Origin: Candidatus Latescibacterota bacterium
GTDB lineage: Bacteria; Latescibacterota; UBA2968
Direction of reading: 5' to 3'
Assembly: GCA_038279365.1 (NCBI GenBank)
Contig: JAYODI010000078.1
Location: 1-27,299, forward strand
DNA: 27,299 nucleotides
Position 1 is the first letter of the stretch, and the number at the start of each line of letters is the position of its first letter. The position numbers and the translations under genes were made by a program. Positions 8,303 through 18,136 of the stretch are shown piece after piece. Below the pieces are notes generated by a model. It did no database searches. It worked only from the letters and a program-made list of their open reading frames with translations, and was not told where the DNA came from.

Positions 8303-9709
8303 ATGAAAAAACCAAATATTATTTATTTGTTGGCAGATGATTGGGGTTATGGCGATGTGGGTTGTTTAAACCCGGAATCAAAGATTTCTACACCGCATAC
8401 AGATCGGTTGGCATCGCAGGGCATGATTTTTAGTGATGCACACAGCAATTCGGCAGTGTGTACCCCTACGCGATATGGCGTTATGACTGGGCGATATTGT
8501 TGGCGATCGGCATTAAAACAAGGCGTTTTGTATGGGTATTCGGAGCCATTGATTGAAGATGGGCGTTTGACGGTGCCTCAGTTGTTGCATGATCAGGGTT
8601 ATAGCACCGCATGTGTGGGTAAGTGGCATTTGGGGTTGGGTTGGCAAACAAAGGCTGGGGCAACAGAGGTGAATCGAGAAACTGTAGATTTTTCGAAGCC
8701 CTTGACTGGGGGGCCTCATACGGTAGGGTTTGATTATTCGTTTATTATTCCAGCATCATTGGATATGGAACCCTATTGTTATATAGAAGACGGTGTGGTG
8801 GTAGAACAACCCAGTGAAGAGATTGGCGATTCGCCTCGTCCTGCATTTTATCGTGGGGGTGCCTGTGCGCCTGGTTTTATGCATGAAACGTGTTTGTTGG
8901 AGTTGACGATTCGGGCAGAAGGGTTTATTCATCACCATGCAAAAGAGAAAAAAGATGAGCCGTTCTTTTTGTATATGCCTGCACCCTCACCGCATACGCC
9001 CCATTTTTCGCGCGAGCGATTTGCTGGTCGGAGCAAGGCTGGTGAATATGGTGATTATGTGACCGAGCACGACTGGAGTATTGGACGTATTGTGGAGGCT
9101 GTTAAGCGCAATGGGCTTTGGGATAATACGTTGATTATTGTGACAAGCGACAATGGATGCCATGCAGGACCTATTGGATTAAAAGAAAAATATGATCATT
9201 TGGGCAATTACATTTATCGTGGCCAAAAATCGGACGCATGGGATGGTGGGCACCGCATTCCATTTATTGCATCATGGCCAGGTGTGATTGAGGCGGGTTC
9301 GACGTGTGATCAGACAATTTGTTTGACGGATTTGATGGCAACAGTGGCGGGTATTTGCGATGTGTCTTTACCACGTGATGCAGGTGAAGACAGCTACAAT
9401 TTGTTGCCTTACTTTAAGGGTGAACATCGCGAAACCATTCGGGAGGCAACGGTGCATCACTCTATTAATGGTGCGTTTGCGATTCGAAAAGATCAATGGA
9501 AATTGGTCGAATGTCGTGGTTCTGGCGGGTGGAGTTTGAAAGAAGCCGATGTACCCGAAGAGGCGCCCTTGATGCAGCTGTATGATATGGTGAATGATCC
9601 GGGAGAACAACACAATATGTTTGATGAAAAGCCAGAAATTGTGGCCAAATTACAAACCCTTTTAAATGGATATCGGGAAGGGAATCGAAGTGCAATCATA
9701 TCGGGCTAA
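8303..9709 (+). CDS. Arylsulfatase (Cys-type, family S1)
   Basis: 'KPNIIYLLADDWGYGD', CxPxR 'CTPTR', 'GKWHLG' and 'SDNG'. GGGAG RBS before ATG 8303. Confidence 0.92.
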   Translation: MKKPNIIYLLADDWGYGDVGCLNPESKISTPHTDRLASQGMIFSDAHSNSAVCTPTRYGVMTGRYCWRSALKQGVLYGYSEPLIEDGRLTVPQLLHDQGYSTACVGKWHLGLGWQTKAGATEVNRETVDFSKPLTGGPHTVGFDYSFIIPASLDMEPYCYIEDGVVVEQPSEEIGDSPRPAFYRGGACAPGFMHETCLLELTIRAEGFIHHHAKEKKDEPFFLYMPAPSPHTPHFSRERFAGRSKAGEYGDYVTEHDWSIGRIVEAVKRNGLWDNTLIIVTSDNGCHAGPIGLKEKYDHLGNYIYRGQKSDAWDGGHRIPFIASWPGVIEAGSTCDQTICLTDLMATVAGICDVSLPRDAGEDSYNLLPYFKGEHRETIREATVHHSINGAFAIRKDQWKLVECRGSGGWSLKEADVPEEAPLMQLYDMVNDPGEQHNMFDEKPEIVAKLQTLLNGYREGNRSAIISG

Positions 9710-9727
9710 AATATTTTAAGGGAAGGC

Positions 9728-11524
9728 GTGTTTATGTTGTCCGAAGACGATAAGCGCATTCAAGATGCACTTGATCATACGGTACTCCATGCGTTTCGCC
9801 CTGTTTTGATGGGTTTGACTGTCTTGTATTTGATTTTTGCAATCAGCCACAAGTTGGTGTTGCCAAAAGATATTGCTGATTTGATGGTTGCTGTTGCATT
9901 TGGATCAAGTGTGGTTTGTGGCATATTGCGGTGGGTTCTCAAACGTGAGTTTTTGCCTGTTCAACATGCGCATTTGTTGGGCACGGGTGTGGCGGCGATT
10001 ATGTTGGGAAACAGTGCCATCCATTTTTTATTAACAGGCGATTGGTTACAAACAACAAATTTTTTGCTTATTGTCATTGGCATTGCGTGTCTTTTTTTGT
10101 CTCGCCTTTGGTTTGGCCTTGTATGTATGATGGCCATTGGGTCTTGGGCACTGGTTGCGTGGGTGTTACCGCCTTCTCCTGCTTTGCTACATTTTGGGTT
10201 TGCGTTTGTCACGACGTTTTTTTTGGCCATAATCATTTTCCTGATTCGCGTACGCAATTTTCGACGTTTGGAAGCGTTTCGGTTGCTTGATGAAAAACAA
10301 AAAAGAGATTTGGCTGCTGCTTTAGAAATTACCAAAACATCAAACGAAGCACTGGAACATAACAATCGCCAGCTGGCCGAGGCGCGTGATGCAGCAGAAG
10401 TTGCCAGCCGTATCAAAAGTGAATTTTTGGCCAACATGAGCCATGAAATTCGCACGCCACTCAATGCGATTATTGGTTTGGCTGATCTGATGTTACAAAA
10501 CGAATTGCCAGATGATCAGGGTGAAAATATAGCAATGATACAAACATCGGGCATCCATTTGCTCGATATTTTGAACAATATTCTTGATTTTGCTAAAATA
10601 GAAGCAGAGCGGTTAGAACTGGAGTATGCACCCTTTTCTGTGCACGAACAAGTTGTGGCTGTGTATGATATATTGCAAATTGGGGCACGAAAAAAGAATT
10701 TGAAATTTCGTTATGAGGTTGCTGATTGTGTACCGAAGGCACTGATAGGAGATGCTGTGCGCATTCGGCAAGTGTTGCTTAATCTTGTGGGAAATGCCAT
10801 CAAATTCACCCATGAAGGTGAGGTTGACATTGCTGTTCATTGTGTGACACAAACATCACAACAGGCGACTTTACATTTTGTGGTGCGCGATACGGGCATT
10901 GGTTTGTCGGCAGATGAAAAAACACGTATTTTTGAGGCGTTTTCTCAGGCGGACTCATCAACAACACGTGAATATGGTGGCACAGGACTTGGGTTGTCTA
11001 TTTCGGTGCGTTTGATTGAAGCGATGAATGGACGGTTTTGGGTAGAAAGTGAAAAAGGAAGGGGAAGCATTTTTCAATTTGAAGTATCATTTGACATGGC
11101 TGACGCTTTGGCCGAAGCTGTGGCGATACACGTAGATCAGAAGATATATCCGCTTAAGATTTTATTGGCGGAAGATAATGTTGTCAATCAGAGGGTTGCA
11201 ATACGGATGCTCGAAAAGGAAGGACATGTTGTGCGTGTTGTTGGAGATGGTCAGCAGGCTCTGCTGGCGTTGTCGGAGGAACAGTTTGATGTGTTGTTAA
11301 CCGATATACAAATGCCAGAGATGGACGGAGTTGAATTGGCTCAAAAAATTCGTGCTTCTGAAAAAGAAGGTGGGCCTCGTCAAAAGATTATTGCACTCAC
11401 AGCTCATGCCAGTGAAGAAGACCGCCAACTTTGCATCGCATCTGGAATGGACGACTATTTGACCAAACCCATACGAAGGCGTGATCTCATGGTTGTCCTT
11501 CAACAGATTGCAGCACAAAATTAA
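9728..11524 (+). CDS. Membrane-bound hybrid sensor histidine kinase (TM helices-HisKA-HATPase-REC)
   Basis: Several hydrophobic helices, H-box '[11 protein letters not shown]', '[10 protein letters not shown]', 'DTGIG', 'GGTGLGL', and receiver 'AEDN...TDIQMP...KP'. The start may be ATG 9734. Confidence 0.92.
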   Translation: MFMLSEDDKRIQDALDHTVLHAFRPVLMGLTVLYLIFAISHKLVLPKDIADLMVAVAFGSSVVCGILRWVLKREFLPVQHAHLLGTGVAAIMLGNSAIHFLLTGDWLQTTNFLLIVIGIACLFLSRLWFGLVCMMAIGSWALVAWVLPPSPALLHFGFAFVTTFFLAIIIFLIRVRNFRRLEAFRLLDEKQKRDLAAALEITKTSNEALEHNNRQLAEARDAAEVASRIKSEFLANMSHEIRTPLNAIIGLADLMLQNELPDDQGENIAMIQTSGIHLLDILNNILDFAKIEAERLELEYAPFSVHEQVVAVYDILQIGARKKNLKFRYEVADCVPKALIGDAVRIRQVLLNLVGNAIKFTHEGEVDIAVHCVTQTSQQATLHFVVRDTGIGLSADEKTRIFEAFSQADSSTTREYGGTGLGLSISVRLIEAMNGRFWVESEKGRGSIFQFEVSFDMADALAEAVAIHVDQKIYPLKILLAEDNVVNQRVAIRMLEKEGHVVRVVGDGQQALLALSEEQFDVLLTDIQMPEMDGVELAQKIRASEKEGGPRQKIIALTAHASEEDRQLCIASGMDDYLTKPIRRRDLMVVLQQIAAQN

Positions 11525-11734
11525 TAAATAAGCAGTTATTGTGAGGACGTAACACAACAGATCGAAAGAGAAAATGGGTTAACCCAAAAAGGTATGGTTT
11601 TAGGTCGCAAATAAAGCGATCTGGGAAAAATGGATTGGCATTTTTTTGCAGAAAGTTGTCAGACTTTGTTTTCCTATATTTAGGGATGACAGTAAAGGGT
11701 GATCAATTATTATGGGACATATAGGAGTGTGCAA

Positions 11735-12388
11735 ATGAAGAAATTTTTAGTGGTTATTGTCATGCTGTTTTGGGCCCATTCGGCTTATGCCATTGGTTTG
11801 GGTGTTACGGGAAAAGCGAGTTCTTTGGGTATTGGTATTGAGGTGACCAAGTCTTTGGTGCCAATGGTCAATATTCGAGGTGGCGTCAACTTTTTTAATT
11901 ATACGTTTAATCGCACAAAAAGTGGCAATGATTACGATTTTGATTTGAAATTGAAATCCTTTTCCATTTTGGTTGATTTGCATCCCATACTGGGGCGTGG
12001 TTTTCGAATAAGTGGTGGGGTTGTGTTTAATGACAATCATATGGAAATGTTGGGTTTGGGGGGCGGGAGTTATTCGATTGGGAATCAAACATATACGGCA
12101 GCAGATATTGGTGTGCTAAGGGGCACCGTAGACTTTAAGCCTATCGCGCCTTATTTGGGTATTGGGTGGGGCAATGCAACAAGCGGTCGGTTTGGCATTG
12201 CTATGGATTTGGGCTTGGCGTTTCAAGGATCACCCCAAGTTGCTTTGGTTGCATCGGGTCCCATATCGTCTAATCCGATATTCATTCAGGAGTTGAATCG
12301 AGAAAACCGAGAATTAGAGAATGATACACGTGAGTTCAAATATTACCCTGTTATTGGTGTTGGGTTGAGTTTTAATTTGGGTCTTTGA
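11735..12388 (+). CDS. Outer-membrane beta-barrel protein
   Basis: AGGAG RBS, signal peptide MKKFLVVIVMLFWAHSAYA, alternating amphipathic strands and a C-terminal 'YPVIGVGLSFNL'. Confidence 0.7.
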   Translation: MKKFLVVIVMLFWAHSAYAIGLGVTGKASSLGIGIEVTKSLVPMVNIRGGVNFFNYTFNRTKSGNDYDFDLKLKSFSILVDLHPILGRGFRISGGVVFNDNHMEMLGLGGGSYSIGNQTYTAADIGVLRGTVDFKPIAPYLGIGWGNATSGRFGIAMDLGLAFQGSPQVALVASGPISSNPIFIQELNRENRELENDTREFKYYPVIGVGLSFNLGL

Positions 12389-12408
12389 TACGTTGCGTAA
12401 GTCAAATT

Positions 12409-12453
12409 AAAAAGAGTGGCGATCTGAACCCATCAGATCGCCACTCTTTTTTT
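12409..12453. terminator. Bidirectional intrinsic terminator
   Basis: AAAAAGAGTGGCGATCTGA-ACCCA-TCAGATCGCCACTCTTTTT between convergent genes. Confidence 0.88.
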
Positions 12454-12459
12454 ATGGCA

Positions 12460-13752
12460 TTACAAACACATCTTTAGGAATGGATCTTGTGTTTTATTGC
12501 ACCAATTTTTTAAGAGATCACGATGATTGTCCAATTGTTTTTGAAAGCGGGTGTTGACGGCAAGGTTGACCATTTCGCCACGGTCGTTTTGGAGGTCAAC
12601 AAGTTGTTCGCGATAACGGCCCATCGGGAAGGCACTGTATTTGTATTGATCGGTGATAACGGCGCGCGACGCACCGCCACCGCCTGGGCCATCGCCAATA
12701 TTGATTTCGGTTTCGACAATAAGGTGATCGCGCCAAGAATCAGGTGTATTGCCTTCTGAGAGAGATCTAAGGCTTAAACCTTCAAGCCCATCAGGCACAT
12801 TTGCCTCACCCACGTCACAAAGGGTGGGCAAAAGATCGAGCCCGAGGGAGACAAGGTGGGTATCGTTTACGTGGCCAGCTTTTGTGACGCCTTTGTGACT
12901 GATGATGAATGGGATGTTGATGACTTCTTCATAGAGGCTGGTTTTTTGGTTCCAATTGTGGGCACCATGTCCATCACCGTGGTCTGAGGTAAAAACGATA
13001 TAGGTGTTTTCTTCCAAGCCTAAATCACGCAAGCCGTTTAGCAGGACACCGATTTCGGCATCTACTTTTTCGCACAGGCGATAATAAAGAAAACGAAGTT
13101 TTCGCCAGTCGTCTTCGGTGTACTCGATGGTGGGATAAACTCGGCGATTGACTTGGCGCAGCATTTGTAAGATATCGGGTGAGTAGGGAGGGATGGCGAA
13201 GTTTGCAGGGAGGCTTGGGCATTCTTCGATGGTTGTGGGTTGACGAACGGGGCCTTGGGGCAAGGGTTGGTTGCGAGCTACTTGGCAAATGTCGTGCGGG
13301 TTGAGAAATGAGGTGAAGAGGAAGAAGGGTTTGTCTCGTTTTCGTTTCATAAATTCGATGGCGCGTAAAGGCACTTCGTTGTCACGGTTGCCACAAATAA
13401 CTTCGAGACCACATTCTTCGGGTGTGGTGCCACCTACGTGCCATTTGCCTGAGAGGGCACAATCGTAACCAGCTTCGGTGAGAAAATTGCTGAGGGTTTG
13501 GCCTTTAAGTTCGGGGTGGATAGGGGAGCCGTTGTCTATGGCTCCATTTTGATGGGGGTAGAGGCCGGTCATAAAGCTGGTGCGTTGTGGGCCACAGAGA
13601 GGATGGGTGCAGTAGGCGCGGGTGAAGCGGGTGCCGGTTGCTGCGAGGCTGTCCATGTTGGGGGTGTGTACGTCGGGGTTGCCGGCGCAGGATATGGCAC
13701 CGGCGTATTGTTGGTCGGTGATGATGAAGAGGATGTTGGGTTTTTGAGACAT
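12460..13752 (-). CDS. Sulfatase (Cys-type, choline-sulfatase-like subgroup)
   Basis: 'KPNILFIITDQ', 'CGPQR', 'GKWH', 'NPHD' and 'SDHGD'. GGAG RBS before ATG 13752. Confidence 0.9.
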   Translation of the reverse strand: MSQKPNILFIITDQQYAGAISCAGNPDVHTPNMDSLAATGTRFTRAYCTHPLCGPQRTSFMTGLYPHQNGAIDNGSPIHPELKGQTLSNFLTEAGYDCALSGKWHVGGTTPEECGLEVICGNRDNEVPLRAIEFMKRKRDKPFFLFTSFLNPHDICQVARNQPLPQGPVRQPTTIEECPSLPANFAIPPYSPDILQMLRQVNRRVYPTIEYTEDDWRKLRFLYYRLCEKVDAEIGVLLNGLRDLGLEENTYIVFTSDHGDGHGAHNWNQKTSLYEEVINIPFIISHKGVTKAGHVNDTHLVSLGLDLLPTLCDVGEANVPDGLEGLSLRSLSEGNTPDSWRDHLIVETEINIGDGPGGGGASRAVITDQYKYSAFPMGRYREQLVDLQNDRGEMVNLAVNTRFQKQLDNHRDLLKNWCNKTQDPFLKMCL

Positions 13753-13817
13753 AGAAATCACTCCATAGTGGTATGGGTGGTAGAAACTATTTTGGTTGCT
13801 TGTTTTTTATTTGTGTT

Positions 13818-13874
13818 GCCTGCGGCGCGATACTTTCTTTCAACAGCTAAAGAAAGTATCCAAAGAAAGCCGCC
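13818..13874. repeat. Dispersed structured repeat, copy 1 (core)
   Basis: GCCTGCGGC-GC-GATACTTTCTTT-CAACAGCT-AAAGAAAGTATC-CAAAGAA-AGCCGCC; homologous to the copies at 19589 and 21821. Confidence 0.8.
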
Positions 13875-14046
13875 GCTGCGCGGGGCTTAAATTTTGTTCA
13901 GTGTTTTTACGAACAGAGGCCACCCTTACCTGCCCGTGCCGTTCCCACACCACCACCTCGCGTTCCACGCGCCACCCTGCCCACACATCACCACCACACC
14001 AACTGCACAACGGCCCACCCCACCAGTGGGTGGAGACGAGATTTTT

Positions 14047-16002
14047 TTAGCACAACTTGGAAATTAATGCTTCGTTTGTGAGTCTGTCTGATTGCAAGGT
14101 GAGTGTGGCATTTGCATGCACTTTGTAAGCGGCTTCTGCCCAAGAGGTGTCAAAGTTGTCGCCTGTGTTGTGTATGTGTAAGGTGTTGGGAACAATAAGC
14201 GCGGCGGCGTTTTGTAAACCCCCTGCTTTGAGAATGCCGGGTATGGGCAGGTGGGTGAGGTAATCTGTTTCATCTTCAGTATTGAATCCATTGGCGTCAA
14301 TGAGGTAGCGAATGGATGTGTCAAAATCGTTTGCTGCGGCAGAGACGAGTGTCCAAAGACCAGCGGTGTGGAAACCTACGACGTTGACCACTTTGTGATT
14401 TTGAGATGCGAGATGGCGCAGTACAAGGGTGATGTCGTAAATGCGTTCGGCATCGTCGGTACGGTTATAGGTGCTGAATAGGTTGACATCTCCACGCGGG
14501 TTTTCGGGGTCTTGCTCGCCGATGTTTTGGCCCATGCCAAAAGGATCGATGGCGTAAATGGTGTGGTCTTTTTTGATGAGTGTTTGCACAAGCGGTGAGT
14601 ATAAGGCGTTGATGCCTTGTGGATGAATGAGCAGGGTTGCGGTTTCTGCGTTGGGGTTAAAGGTGCAAAGAGGGACGGTTACATGGCGGCGTTCGCCAAT
14701 GAGCAGACCGTCTTCGCTGGTGAGGTTTTCGTCGGAAGTGTCGTTTTCCATTTGGTAGGTGACTGGTGAGTCGTCATATCCGATGGCAATGCGAAGGGCT
14801 TGGCCGAGGATGTTTCGGTTTTGTGTTAATTTTTCGGTTGTATCTGGGCGATAGGTTTCGATGGTTTGTTGGGATGCTGTGATACACTGTTGAATTAAAT
14901 CTTCGTGGTTGGTGAGTGCCCCTTCTGGTAAGCCGTCCCAAAATGCCAAGAGGTTTTCTTTGGGTTCTGTTTCATAGGGTGGTTCGGTAAAGTCATCTCC
15001 TTGGGGCAAATTAAACCATTTGGCAAACCAGCGATAGACGGCTTCGCGCATGGCCAAGTTGTATCCGTGGGGTGCGTCTATTTGCACTTGTGTGACATGG
15101 TCGGCAGCGTCGTAGAGGTCGTAGATTTTTTTGATGGCAGGATATTCAACGTCGGGTGTGTGTTGGGTCCAATCTTGTGCGGAGTTGACGAGAATGAGGG
15201 GTTTGGGTGCAAAGGTGGCACCAATATCGACGTTGTTGGTGTCGATGCGGAGTAAGGGTGCATTTTCACACACACATCCACCTTGCATATAGGCCGAGAC
15301 CATGCAAACGGGTGCGGCAACATGGAGCCGATCGTCAACGGCATAGAGATTATAGGTTTGGGTGCCGCCACCTGATTCCCCCGTGCAACCCAACCGGTTG
15401 GTGTCTACTTCGGGCAATTCGCATATAAAATCGAGGGCACGAATGCTGTTCCAGAGTTGAAAACCAAGAATGTTCAAGTTCCATAACATGCGGTTGTCTT
15501 GTTTGTGTACCCAAGGTGCGCGGTGAACATTGCTGTAGTTTTTTTCTTCGTAGGCACCTGAAAGATGACGGGCGCTGTCGTTGTAATCGACCATGTCCCA
15601 CATAAAGGTGGTGCATCCCATGCGGGCAAAGGTGAGACCGCGGGCTTGATAAGAGGCGGCTTCGCTTTCGTTGAGACGGCCCAATCGGGCATGTCCGTGA
15701 GGGCTGATGATGCCGGGGTGGCTTTTGGGTTGTGGGTTGATGGGGCGATAGAGTGTGCCGCCCACATAAAAGCCGGGTAAACTTTGGAAATAGACTTTTT
15801 CAATGGTATATCCATCGCGTTCGAGGCGGTTCCAAATTTTGAAGTTAAGGGGAGGTTTTTCGGGTAAGGGCCACAGGCCAGCGGCAAAGAGGATTTGCTT
15901 GCGAAGGCGGGCTTTTTCGGCTTCCCACGTGTCACGGTTGGGATATTGGGTAGGGGTGAATGTGTGGTGTATGTGTGGGAGGTTTTGCCAGCGGGTGTCC
16001 AT
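14047..16002 (-). CDS. Acetylxylan-esterase-like alpha/beta hydrolase with a second, degenerate hydrolase domain
   Basis: ATG 16002 with AGGAGA RBS. 'GYTIEKVYFQSLPG', 'SPHGH', nucleophile elbow 'TGESGGGTQT', 'GGCVCEN' and 'PHGY'. The upstream ORF extension is only the tandem repeat. Confidence 0.8.
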   Translation of the reverse strand: MDTRWQNLPHIHHTFTPTQYPNRDTWEAEKARLRKQILFAAGLWPLPEKPPLNFKIWNRLERDGYTIEKVYFQSLPGFYVGGTLYRPINPQPKSHPGIISPHGHARLGRLNESEAASYQARGLTFARMGCTTFMWDMVDYNDSARHLSGAYEEKNYSNVHRAPWVHKQDNRMLWNLNILGFQLWNSIRALDFICELPEVDTNRLGCTGESGGGTQTYNLYAVDDRLHVAAPVCMVSAYMQGGCVCENAPLLRIDTNNVDIGATFAPKPLILVNSAQDWTQHTPDVEYPAIKKIYDLYDAADHVTQVQIDAPHGYNLAMREAVYRWFAKWFNLPQGDDFTEPPYETEPKENLLAFWDGLPEGALTNHEDLIQQCITASQQTIETYRPDTTEKLTQNRNILGQALRIAIGYDDSPVTYQMENDTSDENLTSEDGLLIGERRHVTVPLCTFNPNAETATLLIHPQGINALYSPLVQTLIKKDHTIYAIDPFGMGQNIGEQDPENPRGDVNLFSTYNRTDDAERIYDITLVLRHLASQNHKVVNVVGFHTAGLWTLVSAAANDFDTSIRYLIDANGFNTEDETDYLTHLPIPGILKAGGLQNAAALIVPNTLHIHNTGDNFDTSWAEAAYKVHANATLTLQSDRLTNEALISKLC

Positions 16003-16020
16003 GGTGGGTCTCCTGTGTTT

Positions 16021-16112
16021 GAATAGGCGAATAGGCGAATAGGCGAATAGACGAATAGGCGAATAGGCGAATAGGCGAATAGGCGAATAGGCGAATAGGC
16101 GAATAGGCGAAT
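16021..16112 (+). repeat. 8-bp tandem repeat (GAATAGGC) x11.5
   Basis: 11 full units (the 4th is GAATAGAC) plus GAAT; one inverted unit CCTATTCG at 16118-16125. Confidence 0.95.
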
Positions 16113-16225
16113 CAAAACCTATTCGTTGATTATTCATTACGCTCGTTGTAGCCTTTGGCTGTGCGTAGATTCACAACAAGATCCAAATTACGTTGTGGAA
16201 GGTGTGAGCGCAAATAATATAAACA

Positions 16226-16254
16226 TTGTCTCAAGACGCGGTCTTTGTTACACT
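16226..16254 (+). promoter_or_regulatory. Putative sigma70 promoter for the UbiD-family gene
   Basis: TTGTCT, a 17-nt spacer and TACACT with the extended -10 TG, 27 nt before the GTG start. Confidence 0.5.
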
Positions 16255-16281
16255 ATATCGAACTTTTATGAGGGGTATATT

Positions 16282-18111
16282 GTGCGCTATAAATCACTTA
16301 AACAATGTGTCGACGATCTGGATCGGCATGGGCACCTTGTTCGGATAGAACAAGAGGTGGACCCGTATCTTGAGATGGCCGAAATTCATCGTCGGGTGTA
16401 TCAGGTGGGTGGGCCTGCCATTTATTATGCGCGGGTGAAGGGCAGTCCATTTCCGGCGGTGTCGAATCTTTTTGGTACAATTGATCGCTCACGGTTTATG
16501 TTGCGCTCAACCATCAAGTGGGTGAAGCGTTTAATTGAGATTAAGGCCGATCCACCTGCGTTTTTGCGCGCGCCCTGGAAGGCGTTGGGTGTTGGAAATA
16601 TTGTATTTAACACGTTGCCAAAACGCGTTCGGTCGGGTCCGGTGATGAAATATAGCACGACCATTGGGCAGTTGCCCCAAGTGCAATGTTGGCCCGATGA
16701 TGGCGGGGCATTTGTTTTGTTGCCGCAAGTGTATACCGAAGACCCCGACAAACCGGGGGTGATGCAGTCGAATTTGGGGATGTATCGGATTCAGTTGGGT
16801 GGGAATGAGTATGTGCAAAATAGGGAGATTGGCTTACATTACCAGATTCGCAGAGATATTGGCATTCATCACAGCAATGCGCTCAAACGGGGTGAACCGC
16901 TTAAAGTGAGCATTTTTATTGGGGGGCCTCCAGCGCATACATTTGGTGCGGTGATGCCGTTGCCAGAGGGGTTGAGCGAGCTGATTTTTGCAGGTGGGCT
17001 TGCGGGGCGTCGTTTTCGATATGCACGCCAAGATGGGCATGTGATTTCGACGGATGCCGATTTTGTGATTACGGGCACGGTGCAACCGGGTGAAACCAAA
17101 CCCGAAGGGCCTTTTGGGGATCATTTGGGGTATTATAGTTTGGTTCACGATTTTCCTGTTTTGAAGGTGGATCAGGTGTATCATCGCAAAGATGCGATTT
17201 GGCCGTTTACGGTGGTGGGTCGCCCACCTCAAGAAGACACGGCTTTTGGCGATTTGATTCATGAAATTACTGGGCCAATGGTGCCGGTTGAAATTCCGGG
17301 CTTAAAGGCGATTAATGCGGTGGACGCGGCTGGGGTTCACCCTTTGTTGATTGCGATTGGTTCTGAACGGTATGTGCCCTATCGAGAACGCCAACCGCAA
17401 GAGATTTTGACATTGGCCAATGCGTTGCTTGGTTTTGGTGCATGTTCTTTGGCCAAGTATTTGTTTATTTGTGCCCATGAAGATGCGCCCCATTTGGATG
17501 TGCATCATATTGACGATTATTTTGTGCATGTGCTGGAGCGGGTCGATTGGCAACGCGATTTGCATTTTCAAACGCATACGACCATAGATACATTGGATTA
17601 TTCGGGCACGGGGTTTAACCAAGGGTCGAAGGTGGTGATTGCGGCGGCGGGGGCTAAAAAACGCGATCTGTTAAAAGCTGTGCCGTCCAATTTGTCTTTG
17701 CCCGATGGTTTTGGGAATATGGCAGTGGTGATGCCGGGGGTTTTGGCAGTTGAGGGGCCTGCGTTTGTTGAAGCAGATGGGGCTGCGCGAGCAATTCAAG
17801 GTTTGGCAGAGCGGTTGGCATCTCAATCTTTGGATGGGTTTCCGCTGATTTTGGTGGTGGATGACAGCGATTTTGTGTCGCGCACGTTAAACAATTTTCT
17901 GTGGGTGACGTTTACGCGTTCTAACCCGTCTCATGATATTTATGGTGTGAATAGTTTTGTGGAACACAAACATTGGGGGTGTCGGGGTGCGCTTATCATT
18001 GATGTACGATTGAAACCCCATCATGCGCCTCCGTTGATTGAAGATCCTGTTGTGACAAAAAAAGTGGATGCACTGGGTGTTTCGGGTGGTCCTTTGCACG
18101 GTATCATATAA
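16282..18111 (+). CDS. UbiD-family (prFMN-dependent) decarboxylase
   Basis: GTG 16282 after GAGGGG. 'QEVDPYLEMAEIHRR', 'WPDDGG', 'NLGMYR', 'EGPFGDHLGYY', 'TVVGRPPQED' and 'DTLDYSG'. Confidence 0.9.
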   Translation: MRYKSLKQCVDDLDRHGHLVRIEQEVDPYLEMAEIHRRVYQVGGPAIYYARVKGSPFPAVSNLFGTIDRSRFMLRSTIKWVKRLIEIKADPPAFLRAPWKALGVGNIVFNTLPKRVRSGPVMKYSTTIGQLPQVQCWPDDGGAFVLLPQVYTEDPDKPGVMQSNLGMYRIQLGGNEYVQNREIGLHYQIRRDIGIHHSNALKRGEPLKVSIFIGGPPAHTFGAVMPLPEGLSELIFAGGLAGRRFRYARQDGHVISTDADFVITGTVQPGETKPEGPFGDHLGYYSLVHDFPVLKVDQVYHRKDAIWPFTVVGRPPQEDTAFGDLIHEITGPMVPVEIPGLKAINAVDAAGVHPLLIAIGSERYVPYRERQPQEILTLANALLGFGACSLAKYLFICAHEDAPHLDVHHIDDYFVHVLERVDWQRDLHFQTHTTIDTLDYSGTGFNQGSKVVIAAAGAKKRDLLKAVPSNLSLPDGFGNMAVVMPGVLAVEGPAFVEADGAARAIQGLAERLASQSLDGFPLILVVDDSDFVSRTLNNFLWVTFTRSNPSHDIYGVNSFVEHKHWGCRGALIIDVRLKPHHAPPLIEDPVVTKKVDALGVSGGPLHGII

Positions 18112-18136
18112 ATAGACTTTTTGCTAAAGGTGTTTT

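Noticed and set aside
13796-14050. ORFs crossing the structured repeats (13796..14050, 13498..13890, 19684..19902, 21961..22431)
   Set aside because: They have low-complexity translations with no family motifs, and the substitutions between repeat copies preserve base pairing rather than protein sequence.
16021-16112. Possible CRISPR array or repeat-protein N-terminus (SPIRLFAY repeats in ORFs 14047..16137 and 15474..16115)
   Set aside because: It is a contiguous 8-bp unit with no spacers and no cas genes. The esterase has a good RBS and ATG at 16002, so the peptide repeat is an artefact of a stop-free repeat.
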